Shown piece after piece: positions 63,530 to 64,000 of a DNA stretch of 64,000 nt. The DNA comes from Gammaproteobacteria bacterium (lineage in GTDB: Bacteria; Pseudomonadota; Gammaproteobacteria; GCA-001735895), in the NCBI GenBank assembly GCA_050298595.1, contig JBNKUM010000008.1, forward strand, positions 193,303-257,302. The letters run 5' to 3'. A model generated the notes under the pieces. It was not told the origin of the DNA and did not search any database. It worked only from the letters and a program-made list of their open reading frames with translations. Position 1 is the stretch's first letter. Each line of letters begins with the position of its first letter. The position numbers and the translations under genes are program-made.

Positions 63530-64000
63530 TTAATTTTTATGGAAAATAGACCTCAGATTAATCAACCTGGCAATAGCCATAATGTTGGCAAATGAAATCA
63601 CCGTAGTCGGTACAGAATCCGCAGCGCAGATTCCATCCATACGCTCACCGATGACAAACAAACCCAGTCCAACGACTATTCTCGAGAGCAGGTCTATGAG
63701 CGAAATAGCAAGCGCAGCAGTCTCAATATTGTATATCGAAAACACCACTCCAGTTAGAATTGCCTGGATCAGAGGTTTTTGAATACCGTTGAAAACAGAC
63801 CAGCTAGCACTTTCAACAGGGCCAAGGGAAAAGGTGTCATAGCAGCGAATTCTGCCAGGCCCGTAGCGAGAGGGTAGCCGATCGTCAGGGAATTGGAAAA
63901 GCTTCCCACCCCCATGCCATAGCAGTAATACCTGCACAAGACAGGTACTGGCTGATAAAAATGTAGCCAGTGAACCGACTCCCCAGGCCAACAAAAAAAT
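63530..64000 (-). CDS. Hypothetical hydrophobic protein, 5' end outside the window
   Basis: Frame is open to the window edge; no family recognised. Confidence 0.3.
   Translation of the reverse strand: MFLLAWGVGSLATFLSASTCLVQVLLLWHGGGKLFQFPDDRLPSRYGPGRIRCYDTFSLGPVESASWSVFNGIQKPLIQAILTGVVFSIYNIETAALAISLIDLLSRIVVGLGLFVIGERMDGICAADSVPTTVISFANIMAIARLINLRSIFHKN

Overview
A 64-kb chromosomal segment from a sulfur-oxidising gammaproteobacterium (Chromatiales/Thiotrichales-like gene content), mostly housekeeping. The first ~7.6 kb is an AT-rich accessory island directly upstream of pilBCD-coaE-zapD. It holds two sulfatase/LTA-synthase-fold proteins alternating with two paralogous O-antigen-ligase/O-oligosaccharyltransferase-like proteins, a decayed DDE transposase and a frameshifted IS200. 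The rest, in order: a MITE, mutT-argJ-secA-M23-lpxC, a sigma28-driven motA-motB-PilZ operon, orn/M48/cytochrome c/phhB/rsgA/DAHP synthase, a DUF364 operon, a phosphoribulokinase paralog lacking key catalytic residues, thiC with a TPP riboswitch, pcm-rhodanese-tolC-lpxL-gmhA/hldE, mtaB, soxXYZA, bepA, rhd-tusA-dsrE2, ilvIHC-pssA-leuA (with a Leu-rich leader ORF), a family-4 UDG with a Pol III psi-like N-terminus before rimI-prfC, plsB and a renalase-HDOD-trxC-hslR operon. The best leads are the psi-peptide/UDG protein at the holD position, the probable pseudo-PRK, the pilin-modification island, the stator+PilZ operon and a recurring TATTAGA-N2-AT-N2-TAAT operator-like motif. All family assignments come from recognising motifs by eye; no database searches were run.
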